Below, piece by piece: positions 29,637-39,652 of a DNA stretch of 64,000 bases. Origin of the DNA: an uncultured Armatimonadia bacterium. Lineage in GTDB: Bacteria; Armatimonadota; Zipacnadia; CAVVLO01. A program made the position numbers and the translations under genes. The notes below the pieces were generated by a model. That model was given only the letters and a program-made list of their open reading frames with translations. It was not told where the DNA came from and searched no databases. The DNA lies in the NCBI GenBank assembly GCA_963749155.1, contig CAVVLO010000002.1, positions 1,120,001-1,184,000 on the forward strand, in the 5' to 3' direction. Position 1 is the stretch's first letter; every line of letters starts with the position of its first letter.

Positions 29637-31011
29637 CTAATCTATAAGTTTGCCCGGATTCATAATGCCCTTGGGATCAAGAGCCTGCCGGACACGCTTG
29701 AACGTAGCCAGAGTCGCGGGCGAGAACTCCATAGGCAGGTATTTCTTTTTCATAACGCCGATGCCGTGTTCACCACTGATGGTGCCCTCGAGTTTCATTG
29801 CGGCTTCGAACAACTCATCAATGGCAGCCTCGACTCGGGAGAACTCTTCCTTGTCCCGGACATCAGTAAGGAAGGTTGGGTGCAAGTTGCCATCGCCTGC
29901 GTGGCCAAAAGTACCAACCTGGACGTTATACTTTTTCGCGATCTCATCTACGGCGCGCAGCATGGCAGGGATGCGGCTGCGCCGTACAGTGGCATCCTCG
30001 AGCACGACCGTCGGACGCAGATTCGCGAGAGCGGAAAGAGCAGTGCGTCGACCGGACCAGAGCGCATCACGTTCGGCAGCGGTCTCGGCCTTACGGACCT
30101 CGCGGGCACCCGAGTTTTTGCAGACACCAATGATCTCGGCGGCTTCCTGGATAGCGGCTTCCTTCACCCCATCGGCTTCGATAAGCAAGACGGCGCCAGC
30201 ATCGGTAGGGAGGCCACAGGACTTAAAGTTCTCAATCGCATTTATTGTGGCGTTATCGAGGAGCTCCAGCGTGCAGGGGATGATGCCAGCCTTGATAATG
30301 GCAGCAACAGCCATCCCGGCAGCTTCGGCTGTCTCGAAGACGGCGAGCATGGACTCGGTATGCTTGGGCAGCGGGCAGTAGGTTGAGGCTGGCTTCTGTG
30401 ATGATGCCCAGAGTACCCTCAGAACCAACCATCAGTTGCTGCAGGTTGTAACCGGAGACACTCTTAACAGCCTTGGAGCCACAGCGAATTATCTCGCCTG
30501 TAGGCACGACAACCTCAAGTTCGAGTACATAGTCGTGCGTAACGCCATACTTCAGGCCGCGCAAGCCACCAGCATCCTCGGCGATGTTACCGGCGATGGT
30601 AGAGGTCGCATTGCTTGAAGGGTCAGGCGGATACATCAGACCGAAGGGCTTGACCGCATTGTCAACATCGATAGTGATCGCGCCTGACTCGCAGACCAGA
30701 TAGAGATCGTCAGTGTTGACCTCTTTGATGCGGTTCAAGTCGGTGATGACCATCACCAGGCCACCCTCGGTGGGCACACTGCCGCCCGAAAGGCCACTGC
30801 CGGCGCCACGAGGCGTCACTGGGATGAGTTCCCGGTTGGCGAACTGCATCACCTGACTGATTTCCTCGACTGAATGCGGATAAAGGACCGCTTCAGGCAA
30901 GTGCTCAACTATAGTCGCATCGTACCCATAACAGAGCAGGTCAGCTTTACCCGTGAGGACATTATCGGGCCCAACTATCGACCTGAGCTCTGCAATCTGC
31001 TGCTCAGTCAT
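29637..31011 (-). CDS. FAD-linked 2-hydroxyacid oxidoreductase (GlcD / D-lactate dehydrogenase family), frameshifted near 30375
   Basis: PRGAGSGLSGG, YPPDPSS, KYGVT, GSEGTLG, then GHAGDGNLH and ISGEHGIG in the next frame; CTGCCCGCTG to CTGCCGCTG restores the frame. Confidence 0.9.
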
Positions 31012-31037
31012 CCAGGTTCACTCCAGATTGGGGGCGG

Positions 31038-31478
31038 TTAGCCCTGCTTTTCTTTCTCGGCCTTGGCGATCTCGGCCTCAATCCATTCTGTAACAGCGTC
31101 CTCGCCGTGGAAGAGCTCTTCAAGTTCGGCTTCAAGGTCGCTGGGATCAATCTTCATAATCCAGCCTTCCCCATAAGGGTCGCTGTTGATAAGTGTCGCG
31201 TCGTCCTCGAGTTCTTCGTTGACCTCGACAACTTCGCCACTGATGGGCGAGAAAAGTTTCCCAATCCACTTGCTGGATTGAAGTTTGCCGCAGACTTCAT
31301 TCTGAGCAACTTCGTCGCCATCGAAAGGCAGGTCGATATAGACGATATCGCCGCCCTCTTTGGCGTAGAACTCGCTCATACCAACGAGCACTTTGCCATC
31401 ATCCAATACCTTGGCCCAGCTATGCTCCTCGTGGAAAAACATCTCATCGGGCATCTCATAACCTTTAATCTTGGCCAA
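31038..31478 (-). CDS. GcvH-like lipoyl-carrier protein
   Basis: HSWAK..VGMS..GDIVYIDLP..QSSKW..SPISGEVVEVN..INSDPYGEGW. Confidence 0.92.
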   Translation of the reverse strand: MAKIKGYEMPDEMFFHEEHSWAKVLDDGKVLVGMSEFYAKEGGDIVYIDLPFDGDEVAQNEVCGKLQSSKWIGKLFSPISGEVVEVNEELEDDATLINSDPYGEGWIMKIDPSDLEAELEELFHGEDAVTEWIEAEIAKAEKEKQG

Positions 31479-31491
31479 CCTGGTTTCCCCC

Positions 31492-32454
31492 TTACTTAAG
31501 GATGAAGTCTTCTGGATCCTGAGCGGAATGTTCCGACAGAACAGGTTTTTGGTCGCTGGCGGAACCAGACCGGTAATTGAACGCGGTCAGGCTAGTTTCC
31601 TCCAACCGTTTATTGAAAAGACGCAAGTCAATACCAACAGGACAAGCCCGCGAGCAGGCGCCACAGTCTACACACCGGCCCGCAAGGTGAAGGGCGCGCA
31701 GTATATGATAGACGTGGTTGTCAGATGGCTCACTCGCATTGCGCACATAGACAGGGCTCTTGCAGCCTGCGAAGCACTCATCACAGTAACACAGTGGGCA
31801 AGCATTACGACAGGCATAGCAACGCAGGCAACGTTCGGCGATTGACTCGAAGAGCTGCCAGCGATCTTGAGCAGGGAGAGCCTCTACAGCGGCGATTTGC
31901 GAAAATTCTTCGGCAACCGGCTCGTAGGCGGGGCCTTCGAGCACGTGATCAGCTTCAGGGGAAGTGCGCAGATTGCACTCGCGGCAGTTGTTCTGCCAGA
32001 CGTCGGCAAGGGGAAGCTCTTTTATAACTCCGCCGACAGTGACCTTGAGAGCCTGGCCTTCGACCTCCAGCGCCTCAATAGCCTCAGGAGCAATTTCGAG
32101 CAGGCGCGCGACTTTGGCTGGATCTACCATCCCAGGACAGGGATAGGTGATTAGCGTGATCTGGTCGCGGGCAAACTGACGCTCGGCGATGCACTCTATT
32201 AACGCGCGTCCCTCGCAGCCGCGGACGATGAAGGCGACTGCCTGGTCGCGTTTGGCCCAGTGAAGATAACCAGCCAGGTTCTCCATTGGGGCTGGAGAAA
32301 ACTGAAGCTGGTCTGCCTCTTCAGGAGTGCGCGCAAAAGTAGCGCGCGCCATCGTTGGTAGCGTGCCGGTACCAGGGCCTATAACCAGCGCGACTTTACC
32401 GGAGGCAAGCAGCTCTCGAGCAAGCTCGCGCATCTGAGTGGTCAGAGAGTCCAA
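31492..32454 (-). CDS. FdhB/FlxC-like 4Fe-4S protein
   Basis: RGCEGRA, CPG, CREC, CLRCYACRNACPLCYC, HLAGRCVDCGACSRACP; start TTG 32454 or ATG 32433. Confidence 0.8.
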   Translation of the reverse strand: MDSLTTQMRELARELLASGKVALVIGPGTGTLPTMARATFARTPEEADQLQFSPAPMENLAGYLHWAKRDQAVAFIVRGCEGRALIECIAERQFARDQITLITYPCPGMVDPAKVARLLEIAPEAIEALEVEGQALKVTVGGVIKELPLADVWQNNCRECNLRTSPEADHVLEGPAYEPVAEEFSQIAAVEALPAQDRWQLFESIAERCLRCYACRNACPLCYCDECFAGCKSPVYVRNASEPSDNHVYHILRALHLAGRCVDCGACSRACPVGIDLRLFNKRLEETSLTAFNYRSGSASDQKPVLSEHSAQDPEDFILK

Positions 32455-32897
32455 CTTGCTTTCACCAGCTTCTTGGCAGGGCCAACGCTTCGGACGCGTT
32501 CGGTCACCTTGGCGATGGTCTCTGCGAACTTGCCACCCTCTGCCGCGGAAATCCAGGTAAAGTTGAGGCGTTCTGGCTCGACGCCCATATAGGTCAAGAG
32601 GTCGTAGAGATACTTGAATCGGCGCCTGGCGCGGAAGTTGCCCTCCCCATAATGGCAATCACCAATATGACAGCCTGAAACCAGGATGCCGTCGGCGCCT
32701 TCCTCAAGCGCCTTGACGATGAAGGCCGGATCGACCCTGCCTGAGCAAGGCACGCGGATGACGCGCACATTGGGCGGATATTGCAGGCGACTGACACCAG
32801 CCAGGTCTGCGCCTGCGTAGGAACACCAGGTACACAGGAAGGCAACAATGCGGGGCTGCCAGCCCTCCTGCTCGGGTTGTGGATTAACGGATGCCAA
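32442..32897 (-). CDS. mvhD: MvhD/FlxD-type [2Fe-2S] protein
   Basis: FLCTWCSYAGAD, RVPCSGRV, GCHIGDCHY, WISAAEG. Confidence 0.95.
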   Translation of the reverse strand: MASVNPQPEQEGWQPRIVAFLCTWCSYAGADLAGVSRLQYPPNVRVIRVPCSGRVDPAFIVKALEEGADGILVSGCHIGDCHYGEGNFRARRRFKYLYDLLTYMGVEPERLNFTWISAAEGGKFAETIAKVTERVRSVGPAKKLVKASWTL

Positions 32898-35800
32898 CTA
32901 GAGCTCGCACCTCCGAGAAAACGGCTTCATCGGTGAAGCCCTGGAGAGTTATGGCTTCGCTCCGGCAGGTGGCAGCACAAACGCCGCAGCCTTTACAGAG
33001 CGCCTCGTTGACGACCGAGGTGCCGTCTTTCTCGTCCATATCGATAGCCTGGTAGGGACAGGCCTCCGCACAAGCGCCACACCCGCTGCAGCGCTTTTTA
33101 TCAGTCTTGGCGATGGTGCCTTCGGCCTCGATGTAGTCCTTGGCCAGGACGGTCGCGGCGCGCGCGGCGGCGGCTTCGGCCTGAGTAATAGCTTCGCTTA
33201 TCAGCTTGGGCGAATGAGCCAGACCAGCCAGGAAGACGCCATCGGTTGCAAAATCGACCGGGCGCAATTTGACATGAGCTTCCAGGAAGAAGCCATCGTC
33301 GTTCACTGGCACTTTGAAGAACTTGGCCAGCTCTTCATTTTCCGGGTCGGCCACGGTGGCCGCACTGAGCACAACCAGGTCGGGCTTCAAGGTCATCGCG
33401 CGACCGAGCATCGTGCTTTCAACCTCGACCTTGAGGGCGCCGTTCTCTTCCAGCACCCGAGCATCGCCATCTTCATCGAAGCGGATGAAGCGGATGCCCT
33501 GCTGGCGAGCTTCTTCGTAGACCAACTCATTAAGGCCATAGGTGCGCAGGTCGCGATAAAGCACTGTGATGTTCTTCTCAGGCCACTGTTTCTTCACGGC
33601 CAGGGCGTTCTTCACGGCCTCAGCGCAGCAGATACGGCTGCAATAAGGCCGCTCATCGCAGCGAGAGCCGACACACTGGATCATCACGATATCCTTAGCG
33701 TCAGTGACCAGCGCGGAATCAGCCCGCATTGCTTCTTCCAGATCGAGCTGGGTCAGGACGTCGGACCGCTTGCCGTAGAGCCAGCGGTCGCTGTCAGGCT
33801 TGTACTGGTGGGCGCCAGTAGCGATAACGATGGTCCCAGTCTCCAGGTCGCGCGGGGCGCCGTTATGTTCGACCGTCAGGTGGTAGTTGCCAACATATCC
33901 TCGGACGGTGGTCAGCCTGGCAGCAGTAAGGACTTCCACCAGCGGATTGGCCGCGAGTTTCTGGATGAGATCCCCGATTAACGCGGGCACGTCGGTACCA
34001 TCCACCGTGTGGCTGATGTCCCTGGCCAGACCGCCAAGTGCAGGGGCTTGCTCAAGGAGCGCGACCGGATAGCCTTCCTCGGCCAGGCAGATTGCCGCAG
34101 TCATCCCCGCTATGCCCCCGCCAATTACTACAGCGCTCTTGGTGAGCGGGATCTGGGGCATCTCCAGAGGGCGCTGATATCTCGACTTGGCGATAGCGGC
34201 CGAGATAAGATATTTTGCCTTGTCGGTGGCCGTCAGCTTGTCGTGCATATGCACCCAGGAACACTGGTCTCGGATGTTGGCCATATTGAAGAGGTAGGGA
34301 TTCAGACCCGCCTCGCGGATGGTCTCGCGGAAGAGCGGTTCATGTGTGCGCGGAGTGCAGGAAGCAACGACTACCCGGTTTAGGCCATGCTCGAGTACTG
34401 TCTCGACGATGTGTTTTTGTGTGTCCTGCGAACAGGTGTATAGGTTGCGTTCAGCGACCTCGACAAAAGGAAGTTCCTTGGCATACTCGACCAGCTCGGG
34501 CACGTCTACATAAGCACCGATGTTGGTGCCGCAATGGCAGACGAAGACCCCGATGCGGGGCCTGTCACCGGCTACATCAAGCTCTTCAGGGAAGACCTGT
34601 TTTTTCGTCTGCGTGCCGCGCGAGTCTCTCAAGAGGCCCATTGCAACCGAAGCGGCGGCGCTACCCTGAGTTACGGTCTCTGGGATATCTTTTGGACCTG
34701 CGAAGGCGCCTGCCACCAGGATGCCTTCCCGAGTGGTTTCGACCGGGTTGGTGGGACTGGTTATGGCGAACCCGTATTTGTCCAGCTCGATATTGAGCGT
34801 CTGGGCCAGTTCGTCGCTGCCCTTCGGCCTGGCCAGGCCAGTAGAGAGAACGACCAGATCGAAATCGGCGACCTGGGGATGGCCCTCGGAATCCTCATAA
34901 TGAAGCAGCAGATTGCCAGTCTCCTCGTCTTCCTGGACGGAGGAGGGACGGTAAGGGATGAACTGGACGCCAGTCTCTTCCTTGGCGCGGACATAATACT
35001 TTTCGAAGTCCTTGCCGTAAGCGCGCATATCCATATAGAAGATGGACGGCTCGACCCTGGCTTCATGCTCTTTGGCTATGACGGCTTCCTTGATGGCATA
35101 CATACAGCAGACCGCGGAGCAATATTCGTTGCCGCAGCGGGCATCGCGAGAGCCGACGCACTGGATCCAGGCGACCTTGCGCGGTACTTTACCATCAGAA
35201 GGCCGAAGTACATGACCCTTGTAGGGGCCGGAGGCGCTGAGCATACGCTCGAACTCGAGGCCAGTGACTACATTGGCGAAGCGACCGTAACCATATTCGG
35301 GTTTCAGAGCTGGATCGAAAGGCTCGAAGCCCGGACAGGCAATGACAGCGCCAACTTCCAGTTCACGCTGGGCAGGTTGCTCGTCATACCGGATAGCTTT
35401 CGGCGGGCAGATGTTTTCACAGAGTCCGCAGCCAAGGCAGGCGTCCCGGTTGATAGAATAGGCAAGCGGAACGGCTTGGGGATACTCTATGGCAGTAGCC
35501 TTGCGATGCTTTAGGCCCTGGTTGAAGGCGTCGATGGCAAGGGCGGGGCAATGCTCGGCGCACTGACCACAGCCAGTACAGGCCTCCATATCAATATAAC
35601 GGGGCCGCATCAGGATGGAAGCTTTGAAGTTGCCGGGCTCGCCTTCAAGCTGGGTAAGGCCAGAATTGGTGATGACCTCGATATTGAGATGCCTTCCAAC
35701 CTGAACCAGTTTGGGCGACAAGATGCACATCGAGCAGTCATTGGTCGGAAAGGTCTTGTCGAGGGCCGCCATTACGCCGCCGATAGAGGTGGACTGCTCG

Positions 35801-35910
35801 ACGAGGTAGACATAATAGCCCGCCTCGGCGCAATCGACGGCGGCCTGGAGGCCAGCAACGCCGCCGCCCAGGACAAGCACCGCACCTGTTGTCTGTGGAA
35901 TATCGCTCAT
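32884..35910 (-). CDS. hdrA: Double-length heterodisulfide reductase subunit A (two FAD modules)
   Basis: GGGVAG..LDKTFPTNDCSMCI..QCVGSRD..CCMYAIK; CHCGTNI..SCTPRTHE; second GGGIAG..QCVGSR; C-terminal 2x[4Fe-4S]. Confidence 0.95.
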   Translation of the reverse strand: MSDIPQTTGAVLVLGGGVAGLQAAVDCAEAGYYVYLVEQSTSIGGVMAALDKTFPTNDCSMCILSPKLVQVGRHLNIEVITNSGLTQLEGEPGNFKASILMRPRYIDMEACTGCGQCAEHCPALAIDAFNQGLKHRKATAIEYPQAVPLAYSINRDACLGCGLCENICPPKAIRYDEQPAQRELEVGAVIACPGFEPFDPALKPEYGYGRFANVVTGLEFERMLSASGPYKGHVLRPSDGKVPRKVAWIQCVGSRDARCGNEYCSAVCCMYAIKEAVIAKEHEARVEPSIFYMDMRAYGKDFEKYYVRAKEETGVQFIPYRPSSVQEDEETGNLLLHYEDSEGHPQVADFDLVVLSTGLARPKGSDELAQTLNIELDKYGFAITSPTNPVETTREGILVAGAFAGPKDIPETVTQGSAAASVAMGLLRDSRGTQTKKQVFPEELDVAGDRPRIGVFVCHCGTNIGAYVDVPELVEYAKELPFVEVAERNLYTCSQDTQKHIVETVLEHGLNRVVVASCTPRTHEPLFRETIREAGLNPYLFNMANIRDQCSWVHMHDKLTATDKAKYLISAAIAKSRYQRPLEMPQIPLTKSAVVIGGGIAGMTAAICLAEEGYPVALLEQAPALGGLARDISHTVDGTDVPALIGDLIQKLAANPLVEVLTAARLTTVRGYVGNYHLTVEHNGAPRDLETGTIVIATGAHQYKPDSDRWLYGKRSDVLTQLDLEEAMRADSALVTDAKDIVMIQCVGSRCDERPYCSRICCAEAVKNALAVKKQWPEKNITVLYRDLRTYGLNELVYEEARQQGIRFIRFDEDGDARVLEENGALKVEVESTMLGRAMTLKPDLVVLSAATVADPENEELAKFFKVPVNDDGFFLEAHVKLRPVDFATDGVFLAGLAHSPKLISEAITQAEAAAARAATVLAKDYIEAEGTIAKTDKKRCSGCGACAEACPYQAIDMDEKDGTSVVNEALCKGCGVCAATCRSEAITLQGFTDEAVFSEVRALVGIR

Positions 35911-35921
35911 AACTCTGAGTC

Positions 35922-36689
35922 CTACCTTGACGCGAAGACCGCGTAATCGTCTTTTTCGCCCGACTGAGTCACAAGGCCCTCTTCAATTAGCTCGGTGATG
36001 AGCTGGAGAGTAGCTCTGGACTTGAGGCCAATAAGGGCAGCAAGTTCGGGCACAGTGCCTTCGCCACGCTCCAGGGCGCGCAGGAGCGACTGCCGACTGA
36101 GCTGTTCATCTACCAGGTCATGCAACTTGGCCTCAAGCTGGTCGCGGGTGGCTCCCTCACCAAAGACATTACCTTCCTGCTCGAGGGCATACATCCGACC
36201 GAGCATCCAGCGGATTGGCTCGCTCTGGATGACGCGCAGGCCGAGGTCAATACGCTCGAGGAACTCCTCGCGAGTGCAGCCTTCTGCATCACCTAAAGGC
36301 CCTGCCTCACTTAACTGGTTGGTAAACTCGGTCACCAGGCTGGCGAAACGGGCGCCTTCAGCAGCGGAAACCCAGTCCCAGTCGAAGCGAGCCCGGGCAA
36401 TACCGAGCCGGTCGAGGATGAAGCGCACAAGCGCCATCCGGCGATCGGTATAATAGTTGCCGGTAGCGTAGTGGCAATCTCCAAGATGACACCCTAAGAC
36501 CAGCACGCCATCGGAACCCGCAATCAGGGCATCGAACACGAAGTCGGGCTCGACACGAGCCGAGCACATCGTGCGGATGACGCGCAGGTTGGGCGGGTAA
36601 GGGAATCTGGAGACACCCGCCAGGTCGGCGCCCGCATACGAGCACCAGTTACACAGAAATCCGGTTATCCTCGGGACGAAATCGTTCAT
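35922..36689 (-). CDS. mvhD: MvhD-like protein with C-terminal winged-HTH-like extension
   Basis: FLCNWCSYAGAD..MCSARV..GCHLGDCHY; tail TVPELAALIGL..LITELIEEGLV. Confidence 0.88.
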   Translation of the reverse strand: MNDFVPRITGFLCNWCSYAGADLAGVSRFPYPPNLRVIRTMCSARVEPDFVFDALIAGSDGVLVLGCHLGDCHYATGNYYTDRRMALVRFILDRLGIARARFDWDWVSAAEGARFASLVTEFTNQLSEAGPLGDAEGCTREEFLERIDLGLRVIQSEPIRWMLGRMYALEQEGNVFGEGATRDQLEAKLHDLVDEQLSRQSLLRALERGEGTVPELAALIGLKSRATLQLITELIEEGLVTQSGEKDDYAVFASR

Positions 36690-38371
36690 GTGAGAGCCTT
36701 TATTTCTGCCAGGATTTGATCATCGGTATAATGTCTCATCGTAATGGCGTGGGCAGGACAGCCTGCGCCACAGGCTCCGCATCCTTTACAGGAAGCAGAG
36801 ACCACCTTGGCGACTCGCCGGCTGCCCAAATCAACCAGAGAGATAGCCCCATAGGGGCAGGTTTCCTCGCAAAGGCCGCAGCCAATACACTTGTCTTCAT
36901 CTACGCTGGAAGTGATCGGCTCCACCGGGACTTCGCCGCGCTGCAAGGGGATAGAGGCGCGCGAGGCGGCCGCAAGCCCTGTCGAGATGGCCTCTGGGAT
37001 GTCACAAGGCCAGCGCGAAGCGCCCGCCAGGAAGATTCCATCGGTTGCAAAATCGACTGGGCGCAGCTTAACATGGGCTTCGAGGAAGAAGCCATGAGCA
37101 TCGCGTGGCACTTTGAGAAGCTGGGAAAGAGCCTCCGAGTCCTCATGGGCGACAAGCGGCGTGCTAAGCACTACCAACTCGGCAGGGATGCGCTCATACA
37201 TTTTCGAGAACTCATCCCAGACCAGAATCGTGCCATCTTCAATCTTGGGCGGGCGTTCGACACGATATTTTACGAAGCGGACGCCCAAGTCACGGGCGCG
37301 AGCGTACCACTGCTCGTAGTCGACCCCCCAGGCCTGCATATCGCGGTGGAGGATCCAGACGCGGGTGCCATACTTCTCAACGAGTTCCATCGCGTTTTTA
37401 AGTGCGGTAACGCAGCAGATTTTGCTGCAATAAGGCCGCTCGGGGATCCGGGCGCCAACGCACTGGATCATTACGGCGGTTTTGGGCGGCTTGAGATTGT
37501 CTTCATTGAATCTCTGCTCAAGATCCCACTGGGTCATTACATGCTCGCCGTCATAGTTGTAGAAGCCTTCTGGCTTGAGAGGCTCGGCTCCTGTTGCGAT
37601 GACAAGGATACTCGTATCGAGCTCCATCGTCTCAGTACCGTTGGTGGTCAGTTCGGCTTTGTAGTTGCCGATAAAGCCCTTGAGCCCTGTCAGCTCGGTG
37701 TTGGTCTTCACCGTGATGCGCGGATTATGCTCGATACGCGGAAGCTGGGCATCGAGCAGGCAGCCTGGCATCTCGCCGCTCGGATAAAGCTTGTGGGCGT
37801 GCTTGACCATCCCGCCCAGGGCGTCGGTTTTCTCGATTAACACGACCTTAAACTTGCGAGCGGCAAAGCTCTCAGCCGCAGCCATGCCCGCCACACCGCC
37901 GCCGATGACCAGGGCAGTATCTCCAACCGGGACACTGGTCTGTTCCAGCGGTTCGAGCAGTAAAGCGCGGGCGATGCCCATCGTGACAAGGTCTTTGGCC
38001 TTGTCAGTTGCGGCATCAGGCGCATCTCGATGAACCCAGGAGCACTGCTCGCGGATGTTCACAAACTGGAAGAGGAAGGGATTGAGTCCAGCCTCGGCAC
38101 AGGTGCGCCGGAAGAGCGGTTCGTGAGTGCGCGGAGTGCACGCAGCCACAACCACGCGAGTCAGGCCGTTTTCGGTGATAGCCTGCTTGATGGCGGTAAG
38201 GCCGACATCGGAACAAGTATATTTATTTTCGATAGCGGTGATGACGTAGGGGAGTCCCTCGACATACTCGCGGACGGCGGGGATATCAACAACCCCACCG
38301 ATGTTGGTGCCGCAGTGGCAGAGGAAAACTCCTACCCTCGGCTTTACGAATTCGTTGTCAGTTTCGCTCAT
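36686..38371 (-). CDS. hdrA: HdrA-type subunit (N-terminal CHCG domain, FAD module, C-terminal ferredoxin)
   Basis: CHCGTNI, ACTPRTHE, GGGVAG, QCVGAR..CSKICC, EAHVKLRP, CIGCGLC..CKGCGAC. Confidence 0.92.
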   Translation of the reverse strand: MSETDNEFVKPRVGVFLCHCGTNIGGVVDIPAVREYVEGLPYVITAIENKYTCSDVGLTAIKQAITENGLTRVVVAACTPRTHEPLFRRTCAEAGLNPFLFQFVNIREQCSWVHRDAPDAATDKAKDLVTMGIARALLLEPLEQTSVPVGDTALVIGGGVAGMAAAESFAARKFKVVLIEKTDALGGMVKHAHKLYPSGEMPGCLLDAQLPRIEHNPRITVKTNTELTGLKGFIGNYKAELTTNGTETMELDTSILVIATGAEPLKPEGFYNYDGEHVMTQWDLEQRFNEDNLKPPKTAVMIQCVGARIPERPYCSKICCVTALKNAMELVEKYGTRVWILHRDMQAWGVDYEQWYARARDLGVRFVKYRVERPPKIEDGTILVWDEFSKMYERIPAELVVLSTPLVAHEDSEALSQLLKVPRDAHGFFLEAHVKLRPVDFATDGIFLAGASRWPCDIPEAISTGLAAASRASIPLQRGEVPVEPITSSVDEDKCIGCGLCEETCPYGAISLVDLGSRRVAKVVSASCKGCGACGAGCPAHAITMRHYTDDQILAEIKALT

Positions 38372-39651
38372 TCTGCCACCGTCTCCGCGGCGTGCGCCGC
38401 AGCGGAGCTTGCGCAAGCAACTGCTTCAGGGATATCCATCGCGCCCCGGCAGAAACCGCAGGCGAATATCCCCTCGCGCGAGGTGCGCGTGTAATCATAA
38501 GCATTAGTCTGAAGGAAGCCGGAAGGCGAAAGCTCAAGCTCAAGTGCCGCGGCGACTTCCTGGGTGCCGCGACTCGGGATGAGCGCGACCGCCAGAACTA
38601 CCATATCAAAGGCCATCTCGTGGCGTTCGCCAGTCTGGATGTCTTCGTAGTGGACGATTGGGCTGCCATCGTCGCCTTCCTGGATGTTCGACACACGCCC
38701 CTGCATATAGTTGACGTTGTATTCGCCTTTGGCGCGGGCGATATATTCCTGGAAGCCTTTGCCTGTGGCGCGCAGGTCGGCGTAGAAGACAGTGCTTTCG
38801 ACTTCTTTGTCATGCTCATAAGCCAGCATGGCTTCTTTCGTGCTGTGCATACAGCAGACGGTAGAGCAATAAGCGACGGTGCGAGTATTACGCGAACCAG
38901 CACACTGGATAAAAGCCAGGCGCTTGACCGGCTCGTGGTTGTCAAGCCGAACCAGATGGCCGTCCGTTGGTCCAGAGGCGCAAAGCAACCGCTCGAAATC
39001 CAGCCCAGTGACGACATTCTTTACGCGGCCGTAGCCCAGGTTGGGCAGCAGCTTGGCGTCGAACTCTTCAAGGCCAGTGGCAACGACGATTGAGGCGACT
39101 TCAAGGTCGATATATTCTTCCTTGTCCTCGTAGTTGATAGCCCCTGCAGTGCAGATTCTCTGACAAAGACCGCACTTGCCGGCTGTCAGCTTGAGGCAAT
39201 GCTCGGGGTCAATAGCAACCGCAGCAGGCACGCCTTGAAGAAAATAGGAGTAGATAGCCTTCCGCTCGCGCAGCTCGCGATCAAACTCGTCAGGCACTTT
39301 TACTGGACATTTTTCTACGCAGGCGCCGCAGTTGGTGCAAGCATCAATATCGACATAACGCGGGTGCTTGAGCAGCTTTATAGTGAAGCTGCCGGCCTCG
39401 CCTTCGAGGGCAATGGCTTCAGTCTGGGTCATCACCGTAACATTGGAGTGACCGATGACGTCAGCCAGCTTGGGCGAGAGAATGCATATAGAGCAGTCAT
39501 TGGTTGGGAAGGTCTTGTCGAGCTGAGCCATACGGCCCCCGAGGGAGGGCTTGCGCTCAATAAGCACGACCTTGTAGCCAGCCTCGGCCAGGTCAAGGGC
39601 AGCCTGGACGCCTGCAACACCGCCGCCTATAACGAGGGAGTCGGCTTTCAT
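38368..39651 (-). CDS. hdrA: HdrA-type subunit (FAD module with inserted ferredoxin only)
   Basis: GGGVAG, LDKTFPTNDCSICI, CTNCGAC, CGLCQRIC, QCAGSR..CCMHSTK. Confidence 0.92.
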   Translation of the reverse strand: MKADSLVIGGGVAGVQAALDLAEAGYKVVLIERKPSLGGRMAQLDKTFPTNDCSICILSPKLADVIGHSNVTVMTQTEAIALEGEAGSFTIKLLKHPRYVDIDACTNCGACVEKCPVKVPDEFDRELRERKAIYSYFLQGVPAAVAIDPEHCLKLTAGKCGLCQRICTAGAINYEDKEEYIDLEVASIVVATGLEEFDAKLLPNLGYGRVKNVVTGLDFERLLCASGPTDGHLVRLDNHEPVKRLAFIQCAGSRNTRTVAYCSTVCCMHSTKEAMLAYEHDKEVESTVFYADLRATGKGFQEYIARAKGEYNVNYMQGRVSNIQEGDDGSPIVHYEDIQTGERHEMAFDMVVLAVALIPSRGTQEVAAALELELSPSGFLQTNAYDYTRTSREGIFACGFCRGAMDIPEAVACASSAAAHAAETVAE

Positions 39652-39652
39652 T

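Noticed and set aside
30253..30428. Programmed ribosomal frameshift in glcD
   Set aside because: No slippery heptamer is visible, and it is the same single-base pattern as four unrelated genes
31038..31478. Glycine cleavage operon
   Set aside because: No gcvT, gcvP or lpd in the window, and the lysine motif is atypical, so no gcvH symbol was assigned
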